Assembly (NCBI GenBank): GCA_030141605.1
Contig: JAQGDQ010000307.1
Location: 210,845-274,844 of the forward strand
Length of the DNA stretch: 64,000 nt
Source: Tubiluchus corallicola
Taxonomy: Eukaryota > Animalia > Priapulida
Direction: 5' to 3'
The position numbers and the translations under genes are program-made. Below, in pieces: positions 63,369 to 64,000 of the stretch (the first letter of the stretch is position 1; each line of letters starts with the position of its first letter). Under the pieces are notes generated by a model, which was not told where the DNA came from, made no database searches, and saw nothing but the letters and a program-made list of their open reading frames with translations.

Positions 63369-63659
63369 GTAAGCATTATGTTATATCTGTTGTAAAATGT
63401 TTGCTAAAATTATGCGTTTTATAAGGCCAAGTGAGTTATACACAGTTAGTATTCACGAAAATAATTCATATACTCGTGTGTGACATAGATATTTTACAAT
63501 GATAAGTTATAAGTTTTGGTTATAAGTTACATGCAAATCACTAATCGGGCAATTGATGAGGATTCCCACACAAGTTTATATTACTATAGGCAGCATGATT
63601 TTTAGCGCAACACAGAACTTTATATAGTTCCGTGATCGAGTCACTGGGTGACGCCCCCA

Positions 63660-63865
63660 CAAAATTATTTTAACCCTCCAAGAAGGCAGATCCAGGATTC
63701 GAGCAATTGTAACTTTAATGTTCCAAAGGCAAGTTTTGTCTCTCAAAATGTCAGTGTACATTGACAAAAATATTTTACCACCAGGGAAGGGCAAATCTAG
63801 GATTTTAATTACAACTGTACAATGTATGAGTTGTAAAGGCAAGAAGGTTTGTCCCTCAAAATGTT
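63660..63865. repeat. Degenerate ~105-bp tandem duplication
   Basis: aaaa.tatttta.c.cc..gaagg.ca.atc.aggatt...aaaggcaag...tttgtc.ctcaaaatgt is present twice. Confidence 0.6.
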
Positions 63866-64000
63866 AAATTAAATGCAGATAAGATGTTAGATGAAGAGTG
63901 ACAATTTTTGGACAACGGCCAGTAGTGAGAATGCAGGATGGTGTGTACAGTTGGAGGAATTAGAGTGGCTCGTCAATTATTGAATAGCCAATACTGCCAA

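Overview
This is AT-rich eukaryotic (animal, invertebrate-type) genomic DNA with spliceosomal introns. It contains no prokaryotic genes, CRISPR arrays or rRNA genes. I rebuilt five intron-containing genes by hand from ORF fragments, splice signals and exon-phase continuity: (1) the first coding exon of a divergent class C GPCR / mGluR-like Venus-flytrap protein (minus strand, running off the left edge); (2) a 22-exon NCLX/SLC8B1-type Na+/Ca2+ exchanger (minus, ~936 aa); (3) a fructosamine/ketosamine-3-kinase (minus, 8 exons, ~308 aa); (4) ETF-beta lysine methyltransferase METTL20/ETFBKMT (plus, 3 exons, ~276 aa); (5) an SLC34 Na+/phosphate cotransporter (plus, 8 exons, ~691 aa). Between and inside them lie a Tc1/mariner-type MITE, a hAT-type non-autonomous element, LINE remnants, tRNA-derived SINE-like copies and microsatellites. 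The NCLX gene is the most notable part. It has two minor-spliceosome (U12) introns, one of them AT-AC, each next to an ion-binding alpha repeat. Its central loop is ~350 aa longer than in human NCLX, built from frame-preserving small exons full of RxS/RRxS kinase motifs plus an RVxF motif. It also carries a near-perfect intronic hairpin and a possible poison exon. All gene models are manual inferences and need transcript confirmation.
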